Assembly (NCBI GenBank): GCA_963727525.1
Contig: CAVSGO010000007.1
Coordinates: forward strand, 1,184,001 to 1,248,000
Length of the DNA: 64,000 nt
Source of the DNA: an uncultured bacterium
Lineage (GTDB): Bacteria; Krumholzibacteriota; Krumholzibacteriia; LZORAL124-64-63
Reading direction: 5' to 3'
The number at the start of each line of letters is the position of its first letter. The stretch's first letter is position 1. The notes beneath the pieces were generated by a model. It saw only the letters and a program-made list of their open reading frames with translations. It was not told the DNA's origin and did no database searches. Both the position numbers and the translations under genes were made by a program. This document shows positions 9,985 through 19,527 of the stretch, one piece after another.

Positions 9985-10143
9985 GATTCGGTCCTTTCCA
10001 TCGGGGGTCCAGGGATTCGCCACGGGGCCGGAACTCTTGCCATACCACACAAGTTCATTTGGCCCGTCGTCCCTCTATGGTATACCTTGGCGCGAGCATC
10101 CGAAAGGTCTCGCTCGCAGTCCCCGCCGGAAAGGACAGCCCCG

Positions 10144-11934
10144 ATGCCCCCGCATCCGAAGCCTCGCTGGTCCCGAATCGCGATCCTCGGCCTGACCCTC
10201 CTCGCAGCTGTCGGATCCCGATCCGTCCTGGCCGCCGACCTCGATGTGACGCCTCGCGACGAGACGGTGATGATCGGGCAGGATCTCATCCTGGAATTCC
10301 GCCTTCCCGACGGGGCCGTGGTGCCGGCCACCGACCTCGAGATCGTGGTCTCGGGCGAGAACACCGATGATATCCTCGCCTCCGCCTATCCGGTGAAGGA
10401 TCTTGGCGGCGGCCGCTACGAGTTCGCGTCGCCCACCATGGCCGACGCCGCTCCGGGCACGTACCCGCTGACGCTCACCGTCCGCTACCCGGGCAGCGAC
10501 GGCCCGCAAGAGGCGAACTGGACCGGCGACGTGGTGCTCGACTTCGGCGGCAAGTGGACGAGCGCGCGCATCACGTGGTTCATCGCCAACAAGGGTCTGC
10601 CGCTGTTCTTGCTCGTGGTGTTCGGGTTCGGCGTGCTCATGAGCTTCACGCCCTGCATCTATCCGATGATCCCGATCACCCTCGCCGTCATCGGCGCGCA
10701 GAGTACCGACAAGGGCCTGGTCAAGGGCTTCCTGATCGCCCTCACCTACGGTCTGGGACTGGCCATCGTCTACGCGGTGATCGGCGCCGTCAGCGCCACG
10801 GTGTTCAGCGGCATCACCGCCTTCTTGCAGAGTCCCGTGGTGCTCATTCCCATCGCGGTGCTCATGATCACGCTCAGCTTCGCGATGTTCGGCGCCTACG
10901 AATTGCAGGCTCCGGCGTTCCTGCGCGATCGCCTCACCGGCCCCGGCGGCAACCGCGCCGGAGTGGCGGGCGCGTTCGTCATGGGCATGGTCGCCGGCCT
11001 CGTGGCCTCGCCCTGCGTGGGACCGTTCCTCGGCGCCCTGCTCCTGTGGGTGGGCACGACGGGCAGCGTGTTTCTGGGCTTCTGGACGCTCTTCGTCTTC
11101 GGCCTCGGTCTCAGCCTGCTGCTGGTGATGGTGGGCACCTTCCCCGCCGCTATGGGCTCGCTGCCGCAGAGCGGCGGCTGGATGGACACCGTCAAGAGAG
11201 GCATGGGACTGCTCCTGCTCTACATGGCGTTCTTCTTCCTGCGCCCGGGCATGGTGCTACCCGCCGGGATCTTCTACCCCCTGCTCGGCATCGTGACCAT
11301 CATCGTCGCCACGTTCCTGGGTGCATTCGATCGCCTGGGCGAGACCAGCACCTGGTGGGACCGCACGCGCAAGGCCCTGGGTCTCGTGGCCCTCGCCGCC
11401 GGCATGTGGCTGCTCGTGGGATCCTGGATCCAGCACGGCTGGTTGCTGCCCCCGCTCAAGGGCGAGCCCGTCATCGTCACCGAGGCGGGCGACGCCGGCC
11501 TCCGCGACGCGATGACCACCGCCCCACTGCGGACCACCGCGCCGGCCGCGATGGAGCCGGAGGTGCCCTTCCAGAAGGTCCAGACCGGTGAACAGGTACA
11601 GGCCTTCCTCGACACACAGATCGCGGAAGCCAAGCGTACCGGCCAGCCCATCGTCATCGACTTCTGGGCCACGTGGTGCAAGATCTGCCACGAGCTGGAC
11701 GAGAAGGTCTGGGTGGATCCCGCGGTGATCCAGGAGAGCCAGCGCTACCATTGCCTGAAGGTCGACTGCACCGACATGGACGACGAGATGGAAGCCATCT
11801 GGGACCGGTTCAACATTAGCGGACTGCCGACTGTCGCGTTCATCGACAGCCGTGGCGAGATCCTGCACGGCCGCACGGTACGGGGCTTCAAGTCGGCTCC
11901 CGACATGGCGGCGTTGATGGCGTCGATCCGCTGA
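10144..11934 (+). CDS. dsbD: DsbD/CcdA-family disulfide reductase (membrane domain plus thioredoxin domain)
   Basis: FTPCIYPMIPI, ASPCVGP, DFWATWCKIC. Confidence 0.88.
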   Translation: MPPHPKPRWSRIAILGLTLLAAVGSRSVLAADLDVTPRDETVMIGQDLILEFRLPDGAVVPATDLEIVVSGENTDDILASAYPVKDLGGGRYEFASPTMADAAPGTYPLTLTVRYPGSDGPQEANWTGDVVLDFGGKWTSARITWFIANKGLPLFLLVVFGFGVLMSFTPCIYPMIPITLAVIGAQSTDKGLVKGFLIALTYGLGLAIVYAVIGAVSATVFSGITAFLQSPVVLIPIAVLMITLSFAMFGAYELQAPAFLRDRLTGPGGNRAGVAGAFVMGMVAGLVASPCVGPFLGALLLWVGTTGSVFLGFWTLFVFGLGLSLLLVMVGTFPAAMGSLPQSGGWMDTVKRGMGLLLLYMAFFFLRPGMVLPAGIFYPLLGIVTIIVATFLGAFDRLGETSTWWDRTRKALGLVALAAGMWLLVGSWIQHGWLLPPLKGEPVIVTEAGDAGLRDAMTTAPLRTTAPAAMEPEVPFQKVQTGEQVQAFLDTQIAEAKRTGQPIVIDFWATWCKICHELDEKVWVDPAVIQESQRYHCLKVDCTDMDDEMEAIWDRFNISGLPTVAFIDSRGEILHGRTVRGFKSAPDMAALMASIR

Positions 11935-11942
11935 GCGCGCGG

Positions 11943-12737
11943 TTACTGGAAACGCTTCTCGTTGCGGTAGTCGATGTCGAAGACGCGTAGCGGCAGGCCG
12001 TCGCTCTCGGTGAGCACCTCGAGGATGCCGTCGCCATCGATGTCGAGCAGCTGCACGCGGTTGCCGAACGCCTCGTCTTCCCACTTCACGGCCCCCGAAC
12101 CGGAGTCCAGGATCTGGCCGGTGTTCAGCACCAGTTCGGGGCGGCCGTCGCCGTCGACGTCGCCCACGACGAGGCGCGTGGCGTCGTAGTCCTGAAGGCT
12201 CGTCCAGTCGCGCGAGAAGCTCTGGCCGTCCACGTAATTCAGCTTGTGGTCGGCAAGCAGCACGATCTCCGCCTGCGGATCCTGGTCGACGTTGGCCACG
12301 GCGAACGCCTGGATCTGCTGGTAGTCGTTGGACAGCGATTCGAAGAGCAGCTGGAAACCGTCGAGCGACCACACGTAGAGTCGCCCACCCGAGGTGCGTG
12401 CCACGATCGCGTCGTCGAGGCCGTCGCCGCTGAGGTCGACGCAGAGCACCTCGTCGGCGTTGCCGGCGAGCTGGCGACTCTTCCACACCGGCTTGCTCTC
12501 GCCGTCGGGTTGCAGGGCGAACACGTCGACTTTGCCGTAGCGGTCGCCCACCACGATGTTCATGCCCGCTTCTCCGGACAGCGGCTCGAACATGGCCACG
12601 TGCTTGAGCCGCGCCGACGTCTCGGCGATGGCGCGGTACTGATCGTAAGAGAGTTCGTCCTGCGCGGCGGCGAGCGAGGCCGCCATAAGCAGGACCGGGA
12701 CCAGCAGGCGCCAGCAGTTGCAGCGAGTCGGGTTCAT
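11943..12737 (-). CDS. Secreted FG-GAP/VCBS-like repeat protein
   Basis: Signal peptide; DLSGDGLDD, NVDQDPQAE, DVDGDGRPE, DIDGDGILE Ca-binding loops. Confidence 0.8.
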   Translation of the reverse strand: MNPTRCNCWRLLVPVLLMAASLAAAQDELSYDQYRAIAETSARLKHVAMFEPLSGEAGMNIVVGDRYGKVDVFALQPDGESKPVWKSRQLAGNADEVLCVDLSGDGLDDAIVARTSGGRLYVWSLDGFQLLFESLSNDYQQIQAFAVANVDQDPQAEIVLLADHKLNYVDGQSFSRDWTSLQDYDATRLVVGDVDGDGRPELVLNTGQILDSGSGAVKWEDEAFGNRVQLLDIDGDGILEVLTESDGLPLRVFDIDYRNEKRFQ

Positions 12738-12817
12738 GTCTCTTCCTCACGGAGTCGGGACAGCGGTGCAGGGGATGCCCCTGACGATACTGCCGCCGGC
12801 CGGAATCGACCAGGACG

Positions 12818-12846
12818 TTGTCTCAGGCGCGTGGGATCGCTAAACT
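12818..12846 (+). promoter_or_regulatory. sigma70 promoter, leaderless yigZ
   Basis: TTGTCT-N17-TAAACT-N7-ATG, no SD. Confidence 0.65.
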
Positions 12847-12853
12847 CCCACAG

Positions 12854-13477
12854 ATGGACGACGCCTACCTCACGCTCGCCGGGCCGGCCGAGGCCGAGAT
12901 CCGTATCCAGCGCTCGCGGTTCCTCGCGCTGGCCGCGCCGGCCGCTGACGAGGCCACGGCCCGTGCCGCTGTCACCGCGATGCAGCAGCGCTACCACGAC
13001 TGCCGTCACGTCTGCCACGCCTGGCGGCTCGGCCGGGCCACCCATACCATCGAGGCCCGCCAGGACGCCGGAGAACCGGCGGGCACGGCCGGCGAGCCGA
13101 TCCTCGTGGCGATCCGCCAGGCTGACCTGGTGGACACCGTCGTCGTGGTGGCGCGCTATTTCGGGGGCATCAAGCTGGGCACCGGCGGCCTCGCCCGCGC
13201 GTATGGCGACGCCGCCCAGGGTGCGCTCACGGCCGCACCACGCCGCGAGGTGCGCCTCGGCCGCATGGCCGCCCTGGCGTTCGGCTACGCCTGGCAACGC
13301 ACGGTCGGACACGTCCTGGAGCAATGCGGCGGCCACTGCGTCGGCGAGGAATACGGGGCGGACGTCCGCTGGCGGGTATGGCTGCCCCTGGCCACGGTGG
13401 ACGCATTCACGACCGCCGTGTGCGAAGCCACGGCCGGCGCCGTGGCCGCGGCCTGGCATGACGAAGGCCCCGCCTGA
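12854..13477 (+). CDS. yigZ: YigZ/IMPACT family protein
   Basis: IQRSRF, HVCHAW, DAGEPAGTAG.PIL, VVVARYFGGIKLGTGGLARAY. Confidence 0.93.
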   Translation: MDDAYLTLAGPAEAEIRIQRSRFLALAAPAADEATARAAVTAMQQRYHDCRHVCHAWRLGRATHTIEARQDAGEPAGTAGEPILVAIRQADLVDTVVVVARYFGGIKLGTGGLARAYGDAAQGALTAAPRREVRLGRMAALAFGYAWQRTVGHVLEQCGGHCVGEEYGADVRWRVWLPLATVDAFTTAVCEATAGAVAAAWHDEGPA

Positions 13478-13517
13478 GCGGGGCCCTCGCGCGACGCGGT
13501 CAAGAGGTGCGGGTGTC

Positions 13518-14399
13518 CTAGCTCGCTTCCGCGTAATCCTGCATGTACCGGAACGTCTTGCTCGACCGGATCTTCTCGAACGCCTCTTCCTTGATCTGAC
13601 GGATCCGCTCGCGCGTCAGTCCCATGATCTGGCCGATCTCCTCGAGCGTCATCTCGCGCTCGCTGCCGAGGCCGTAGTACAGGCGCAGAACCTTCGCCTC
13701 GCGCTCCTTGAGGTCGCCGAGCATGCGGTGGATCGAGCTGTGCAGGTCGTCCTCCAGCACCTGGGCGTCGGGACCGGCGCTCGTGGTGTCCTCGAGGAAG
13801 TCGAGGTACGTACTGTCCTCGTCATTGCCGACGAAGTCGTCGAGGAAGAAGTTGTCCTGCATGAGCGGCAAGGTGTCCTTCACTTCGTCCACCGAGAGCT
13901 TCAGCTCCGCCGCGATCTCCTCGGGCTCCGGCTTGCGGCGCAGGCGCTGCTGCAGCTCGCCGCTGACCTTCTTGATCTGGTTCAGCACGCGCGCGCGATT
14001 CAGGGGCATGCGCACGATCTTGCTGTGGTTCGCCAGTGCCGCGAGAATCGACTGGCGGATCCACCACACGGCGTAGCTGATGAACTTGTAGCCGCGCGTC
14101 TCGTCGAAGCGCTGGGCCGCCTTCAGCAATCCGAGGTTGCCCTCGTTGATCAGATCCTCCAGGGGCACGCCGTAGTGCGCGTATTCTTTCGCGATCGAGA
14201 CCACGAAGCGCAGGTTCGCCTTCACCAATCTATGCAGCGCGGCCGCGTCGTTCCCGTGAATGCCGCGGGCGAGTTCGCACTCCTCCTCGCGGGTCAGCAA
14301 CTGGTACGCCTTCACTTCCTGGAAGTAGAGGTCGAGGTTGCTCATCAGCTGGTTGGTGGCACCGCTTTGCTTCTCACTGAATTTCTTCACGTTGGCCAT
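13518..14399 (-). CDS. Alternative sigma70-family factor (RpoD/RpoS-like, no region 1.1)
   Basis: LLTREEE, LVKANLRFVVSIAK, DLINEGNLGLLKAAQRFD, KFISYAVWWIRQSI, TLEEIG..MGLTRERIRQI. Confidence 0.93.
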   Translation of the reverse strand: MANVKKFSEKQSGATNQLMSNLDLYFQEVKAYQLLTREEECELARGIHGNDAAALHRLVKANLRFVVSIAKEYAHYGVPLEDLINEGNLGLLKAAQRFDETRGYKFISYAVWWIRQSILAALANHSKIVRMPLNRARVLNQIKKVSGELQQRLRRKPEPEEIAAELKLSVDEVKDTLPLMQDNFFLDDFVGNDEDSTYLDFLEDTTSAGPDAQVLEDDLHSSIHRMLGDLKEREAKVLRLYYGLGSEREMTLEEIGQIMGLTRERIRQIKEEAFEKIRSSKTFRYMQDYAEAS

Positions 14400-14461
14400 G
14401 GATCACCTCGTCAGCCCGGGGTCGCGTGGGGTTCATTGGGTCTTTGTTGTTTTCCTTACTA

Positions 14462-14476
14462 ACAAGATCCGGACCA
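14462..14476 (-). promoter_or_regulatory. Putative sigma54 -24/-12 promoter of the sigma factor gene
   Basis: TGGTCCGGATCTTGT (GG-N10-GT variant of TGGCAC-N5-TTGC). Confidence 0.45.
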
Positions 14477-14512
14477 CTTGGATGGGTTTCCGAGAACTCC
14501 AGGCGGAATTTG

Positions 14513-14537
14513 AAGCTGTTATTATTCAATGACTTAC
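14513..14537. promoter_or_regulatory. IHF-like site
   Basis: AAGCTGTTATTATTCAATGACTTAC contains CAANNNNTTR in an AT-rich pseudo-palindrome. Confidence 0.55.
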
Positions 14538-14691
14538 AACGTCGACCGAACACCTCTCGCCTGGCAATACATGAGATCAATCGTCCAGCTATGCCATATT
14601 GTCAAAATGGCGTCAATTCGGGGGTCAGTTTGTCAAAGTGATCGCACCTTTCGCGCTGGTCTACGCCGGGCCCGATGACTAGACTTCCGGC

Positions 14692-16803
14692 ATGCCGCAC
14701 CGACCGCCCGACACCTCTGGTTCGCCACCCGCCGCCGCCACCGCCGTGCGCGCCCTGACGTGGTTCGGCGTGCTCAGCATCCTGATTCTCGGGGCTGCGC
14801 TGGCCCACCACTCGCTGTCGGATCGAGACATATTCCTGCACGATCGCGCGGGGCGCGACATCCTGGCGGGCGAGGGCGTGCCGGCGACCAACGCCTATTC
14901 GTTCACGGCGCCGGATCAGCGCTGGGTGGACCACGAGTGGCTGTTCCAGACGCTCGTCGCCGCCGTGGCGGGGGGCGCCGACCTCGTCGCGCGGGCGCCG
15001 GCCTGGAACGCGTTGCGCATCGCGCTCGCCGTCGCCCTCGTCACCGTGCTCGTGCTGGGCGATGCCTGGCGCCGGCGGCGTGCGCCAGCGGGCTGGCTGT
15101 TGCTGCCGGCGGCCGTCTCCCTGGGCATGCTGTGGACACGCCTCACGCTGCGTCCCGAGCTGCTGAGCTACCTCTTCCTCGTCCTGGTGTGGCACGCGGT
15201 GGAAGGCGCCACGGGCGCACCCGGCACCGCGCGCTGGCGCGACATGTTCGATCCGCGGCGCCCGGCCGGTCGTGCCGTGCTGCTCACACTGGTGTGGGCG
15301 CAGTGCCACGGCTTCTACGCGCTGGCGGCCCTCGTCTGGCTCCTCGTCGGACTCACGGCGCCACGCGCGGCAGCGGGCCGGATCTCGCCGCGCCGTCTCG
15401 CCCTCGCCGGTGGCGCCCTCGCGCTCCTGGCCGGACTCGCCACGCCGTCGCTCGTGCAGGGCCTGCTCTACCCGCTGCGGGCCCTGACCCAGTTCACGCG
15501 CCCCGGTCCGCAACTGACATCGCTCGTCAGCGAACTCGTGCCCCTGCTGCGCTCGCCGGACAGCCTCGCCTGGACGATCCGCGTCACGCTTTTCAGCTAC
15601 GTCTGGGGTGCAATATGGGTGGTGGCCACGTGGGGCCGCGTGCCGCGCGGACGCGTGCTCTTCTGGCTGGTCGCCGCCGTCGCGGCGTGGCAGACGCAGC
15701 GCAACCTCGCGCTGTACGCAGTGGCCTTCATGCTGCTGCACACGGGACTCGACGGCCCTCCGGCGTGGTTCGCGCGACGGGTTCGTGCAACCTGGCGACC
15801 GGCCGCGGCGGCGGCGGCCGCGCTGCTCGCACTCGCCGTCGTCGGGCTCTGGTTGCCGGCCCTGACGAGCAACCGGTTCTACCTCGCGGAAGGCGTCGCG
15901 CGGCGCTGGGGCGGCGGCGTGACGCCGACCAATTACCCCTTCGCGCAGGCGGCACGGCTGGGCGGCGAGCTGCGCCTCGCCAACACCATCGACGCCGCAT
16001 CCACGCTCATCGACGCCACGGCCGGCCGCGTGTGCATCGACGGCCGCACCGAGGCCTATCCCGCGTCCGCGTGGCGCGACTACGCCACCCTCAAGGATGG
16101 CGGCGCCGATGCCCTCGCGCAGCTGCGAACGTGGCGCGCCGATCGCGTGGTCATCGCACATCGCAGCACCGCGGCCGACCGCCTGCTCCGCACGTTGTTG
16201 CAAGCGCCAGACTGGCACCTCGTCGATGCCGACGACGCCGGCGTTCTCTTCGCCCCCGGCGCCGACGACACGAACGCGACAGCCGCGAACCGCGCGCTCC
16301 TGCGCGCGCGTAGCGACGCCTTCGCCGCCACGTTGCCCACCTCGGCGTCCGTGCGCGCCGCCGATCGCTGCGCAGCGTGGGCCGGTCTGCTCGACGCGGC
16401 GGATCTCGGCACCGAGGCAGCCGCTCTGCTACGGCGCGGCCAGGCGCTCGCACCCGACCACCCCGCCATCCTGCACAATCTCGGCAACCATCTGATGGCC
16501 GCGGGCGACCTCGGCGGGGCCCGCACCCTCTTCCTGCGCGCCGCGCGCATCAACCCGCGCGCGGCGGGCGCGCTGGTGAATGCCGGAGTGTGCGCATTCC
16601 GACTCGGCGACCAGCGCGGTGCGGCCACTACCCTGCGCAAGGCCACCCGCGTGGATCCGCGGCGCTTCGAGGCCTGGGCGAACCTGGCCGAGGTGCGGCG
16701 CGCGGTCGGCGACATCGGCGGCGCGGCCACCGCCTACAGGAAGGCCCTGGCGCTGCGCGATGATCCGCGTCTGCGCGCCAGGGCCCGGTCGCTTGGCCAG
16801 TGA
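14692..16803 (+). CDS. Multi-pass membrane protein (GT-C-like) with C-terminal TPRs
   Basis: DIFLHDRAG...YSFTAP..RWVDHEWLFQ, RPEL, LVWAQCHG, IDGRTEAY, about 4 TPRs. Confidence 0.7.
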   Translation: MPHRPPDTSGSPPAAATAVRALTWFGVLSILILGAALAHHSLSDRDIFLHDRAGRDILAGEGVPATNAYSFTAPDQRWVDHEWLFQTLVAAVAGGADLVARAPAWNALRIALAVALVTVLVLGDAWRRRRAPAGWLLLPAAVSLGMLWTRLTLRPELLSYLFLVLVWHAVEGATGAPGTARWRDMFDPRRPAGRAVLLTLVWAQCHGFYALAALVWLLVGLTAPRAAAGRISPRRLALAGGALALLAGLATPSLVQGLLYPLRALTQFTRPGPQLTSLVSELVPLLRSPDSLAWTIRVTLFSYVWGAIWVVATWGRVPRGRVLFWLVAAVAAWQTQRNLALYAVAFMLLHTGLDGPPAWFARRVRATWRPAAAAAAALLALAVVGLWLPALTSNRFYLAEGVARRWGGGVTPTNYPFAQAARLGGELRLANTIDAASTLIDATAGRVCIDGRTEAYPASAWRDYATLKDGGADALAQLRTWRADRVVIAHRSTAADRLLRTLLQAPDWHLVDADDAGVLFAPGADDTNATAANRALLRARSDAFAATLPTSASVRAADRCAAWAGLLDAADLGTEAAALLRRGQALAPDHPAILHNLGNHLMAAGDLGGARTLFLRAARINPRAAGALVNAGVCAFRLGDQRGAATTLRKATRVDPRRFEAWANLAEVRRAVGDIGGAATAYRKALALRDDPRLRARARSLGQ

Positions 16804-16810
16804 TGCCCGG

Positions 16811-18229
16811 CTAGGAGGACACCTGCACCGTGTAGGTGACCGTCTTCTCGCCATCCTTCGGCACGTCGACGACGAACTCGAGCGCCTGCGCGCTGAGCTT
16901 CTGGAACGGCTGCGAACTCTCCAGCACCTCCCAATCGCCGCCCACCATCTCCTGCACGTGCACCGACACGGCCTCATCCTTGTGGTTGCGCAGGGTGATC
17001 GCGAACGTCGAACGGCTCACGGTGTCGGCGACCTTGCGAAAGTCCTTCTGCACACGCGTGGCCACCACGTCGAAGGCCTTGCCCACCTCGAGGTTCACAC
17101 GCTCGTCCTTCGGCGTGTGGTCGATGCGGTCCTCGCCCAGAAGTTGACGGCTGCCGCTCTGCGCCTCGCCATAGACCCGCACGACGCCCGCCGGCATGGG
17201 CAGACCGAGGTGGTTGTCCTGGCGGTTCTCGAAGGCGTAGGTCACCGTCACGTCCTGCGGCATCTCGCCCCAGCCGCCGCGCCTGAAGAACTGCCCCTGC
17301 GCCCGCGTCGTGTATTGCTTGGTCACCGTCACGCCGTCCGCGTCGAAGAGCGACACCTGCTTGGTCTGGTTGTCCTTGAGCGTCGTGGGCCAGTTCACCG
17401 TGTAGAGGTGGTAGTCGTAGAGCGCCTCCTCGGTGACGGCGCGGGCCTCGTCAGCCATCGCGTACACCTGCCCCTTCATCGCGATGGGCGGCCGGGCGGC
17501 CTGATGGATGTCGCCGGCGACGAGCATGAGCTTGGCGTCGTCGTAGGTGGCGCCGCTGCGATTGTCGACCGACACCCACGCCTGCAGACTCGCCTGGTCG
17601 CCCTTCGGCGTGAGCTGCAGAATGTAGTCCGCGGCCCAGCTCAGGCCACCGGTGAGATAGGATGCATCGATCTCGGCATCGCCGGCGCGCTTGGCCTCCG
17701 CACGCCACACGAGGGTGGGGCGGGCGCGTAGATCCGCGGGCAGCGATGGCAGCACGATGCGGCCGGGCATGTCGAAGACGATCTCACCATTCACCGCGTA
17801 CACCGGCCCGTTGGCCATGCCCAGCAGCTTGCCCGTGATGCGACCGCCGGTCTCCTGCTGCCAGGCGACGTCATGGCCCACGTACTTCTCCATGATCTTC
17901 TCGCGCGACATCAGATCGAACTCGTAGTTCTGCTCGAGCACGGACAAGCCCGTCTTGCCGCCGATCGCGAGCACCAGCGTCTTGGGTTGGATCTGCGACG
18001 GCACGCCCTGGAACTCGAGAGCGACAGCGCCGGCGGGCACCGCGACCCGACGCACCTCGCGCACAAGCCCGAGGTTCTGGTTGTAGACTGTCAGCTCGAG
18101 CTGGGTGCGCTGCGTGGGTTCGGACACCACGGTGGCCGGTGCGTCACCAGCCGCGCCGGCGGGCGCATCGGCCGCCAGCATCGCCCCGGACAGCGCCGCA
18201 AGCGTGAGGATTCGCAAGCGGTTGGACAT
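16811..18229 (-). CDS. DUF4139-domain secreted protein
   Basis: Signal peptide, LTVYNQNLGLVRE, LEQNYEFDL, YLTGGLSWAADY, DYHLY, GEDRIDHTP. Confidence 0.85.
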   Translation of the reverse strand: MSNRLRILTLAALSGAMLAADAPAGAAGDAPATVVSEPTQRTQLELTVYNQNLGLVREVRRVAVPAGAVALEFQGVPSQIQPKTLVLAIGGKTGLSVLEQNYEFDLMSREKIMEKYVGHDVAWQQETGGRITGKLLGMANGPVYAVNGEIVFDMPGRIVLPSLPADLRARPTLVWRAEAKRAGDAEIDASYLTGGLSWAADYILQLTPKGDQASLQAWVSVDNRSGATYDDAKLMLVAGDIHQAARPPIAMKGQVYAMADEARAVTEEALYDYHLYTVNWPTTLKDNQTKQVSLFDADGVTVTKQYTTRAQGQFFRRGGWGEMPQDVTVTYAFENRQDNHLGLPMPAGVVRVYGEAQSGSRQLLGEDRIDHTPKDERVNLEVGKAFDVVATRVQKDFRKVADTVSRSTFAITLRNHKDEAVSVHVQEMVGGDWEVLESSQPFQKLSAQALEFVVDVPKDGEKTVTYTVQVSS

Positions 18230-18264
18230 ATCGTCACTCCTTGTTCAGGTCATGCAGTCAACGC

Positions 18265-18291
18265 TAAAGAGGCGCCCCGGCGGGACGATCC
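18265..18291 (+). promoter_or_regulatory. sigma28-type promoter of cheY-like gene
   Basis: TAAA-N15-GACGATCC. Confidence 0.5.
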
Positions 18292-18341
18292 CTCCCATAA
18301 CACATCAGCGGGCCGGAAAGTGCCACGACGCGGAGGCATAC

Positions 18342-18725
18342 ATGCTGGGAACCGTCATCATCGCGGACGATGCACCTTTCATGCGGGCCATGTTGCGCGG
18401 GATCGTGACCGACCTCGGGCTGGAGGTCGCCGGCGAAGCCTCCGACGGCGCCGAGGCCGTGGCGCTCTACCGGCAACACGCCCCCACCCTCGCCCTGATC
18501 GATCTCACGATGCCCGGCGTCGATGGTGTCGAGGCCGTGCGACAGATCGTGGCTCATGACCCCGCCGCCGCACTCGTCATGGTGTCGGCGCTCGGACAGA
18601 AGGACGCCGTGCTCGCGGCGGTCAAGGCCGGCGCGCTCGACTTCATCATCAAGCCGTTCGAAGCCGACCGGGTCGAGGCCACCTTGCAGAAGATCCTCGG
18701 TCGCTTGCCCGTGACCGTGGCCTAG
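18342..18725 (+). CDS. cheY: Single-domain response regulator, CheY-like
   Basis: IIADDAPFMR, IDLTMP, MVSALGQ, FIIKPF; RBS GGAGG. Confidence 0.85.
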   Translation: MLGTVIIADDAPFMRAMLRGIVTDLGLEVAGEASDGAEAVALYRQHAPTLALIDLTMPGVDGVEAVRQIVAHDPAAALVMVSALGQKDAVLAAVKAGALDFIIKPFEADRVEATLQKILGRLPVTVA

Positions 18726-19510
18726 CTCAGCAACACGAGCGCGACCACGCCCAGGGGCAGACAGTACAGCGCGAACTTCCAGAAGTGGCGCTGCACCACT
18801 GCCAGCGCCGTCCAGCGGATCGCGAGCAACCCCACGACGAACGCCGTGAAGGCGGCGAGTGCGAGCCCCGTCGCGCCCACGCGCGAGGTAAGGTTGCCGT
18901 CCATGAGTTGCAGCACCAGCGCCCCGGCAATCGCCGGCACGGCGAGCAGGAAGCTGAAGCGCGCCGCCTCCGCCCGGGCCAGACCCAGCCACAGCGACGC
19001 CGCGATCGTGGATCCCGAGCGGCTCACGCCGGGACAGATGGCCACGGCCTGCGCACAACCCACGAGCAGCGCCCTGCCCAGGGTGGGCGGCCGCGGCTCC
19101 CAGATCCCCGCCAGCTCCGTGGCCTGATCCCGCGCGGCACGCGTGGACAGCAGCACCAGGCCGGTGAAGATGAGCCCTCCGGCCGCGAACACCGGTGCGC
19201 CGAACAGCCCTTCGACCGTGTCCTTGAGTGCGAGCCCCACGATCACCGCCGGAACCGTGCCCACTGCCAGAGCCATGAGGTACTGGATGGCTGGACGGTC
19301 GAAGCGCAGCAAGCGCAGGATTTCGCGCCGGTACACCACGAGCACCGAGACCAGCGTGCCGCAGTGCAGCACCACGTCGAGAAAGAAATCGTCCGCCGAT
19401 GCGCCGAACAAATGCTGCAAGAGCACGAGGTGTCCGGAACTGCTGACGGGAAGAAACTCGGTCAGACCCTGCACGATGGCGAGGATCAGCGACTCCAGCA
19501 ACGGGGACAT
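18722..19510 (-). CDS. uppP: Undecaprenyl-diphosphate phosphatase
   Basis: IVQGLTEFLPVSSSGH, PGVSRSGSTI, ARFSFLL. Confidence 0.96.
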   Translation of the reverse strand: MSPLLESLILAIVQGLTEFLPVSSSGHLVLLQHLFGASADDFFLDVVLHCGTLVSVLVVYRREILRLLRFDRPAIQYLMALAVGTVPAVIVGLALKDTVEGLFGAPVFAAGGLIFTGLVLLSTRAARDQATELAGIWEPRPPTLGRALLVGCAQAVAICPGVSRSGSTIAASLWLGLARAEAARFSFLLAVPAIAGALVLQLMDGNLTSRVGATGLALAAFTAFVVGLLAIRWTALAVVQRHFWKFALYCLPLGVVALVLLS

Positions 19511-19527
19511 GGTTTCTCCTGGGACGC

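Noticed and set aside
9445-11934. Possible selenocysteine redox proteins
   Set aside because: Active sites are ordinary CxxC with no in-frame TGA
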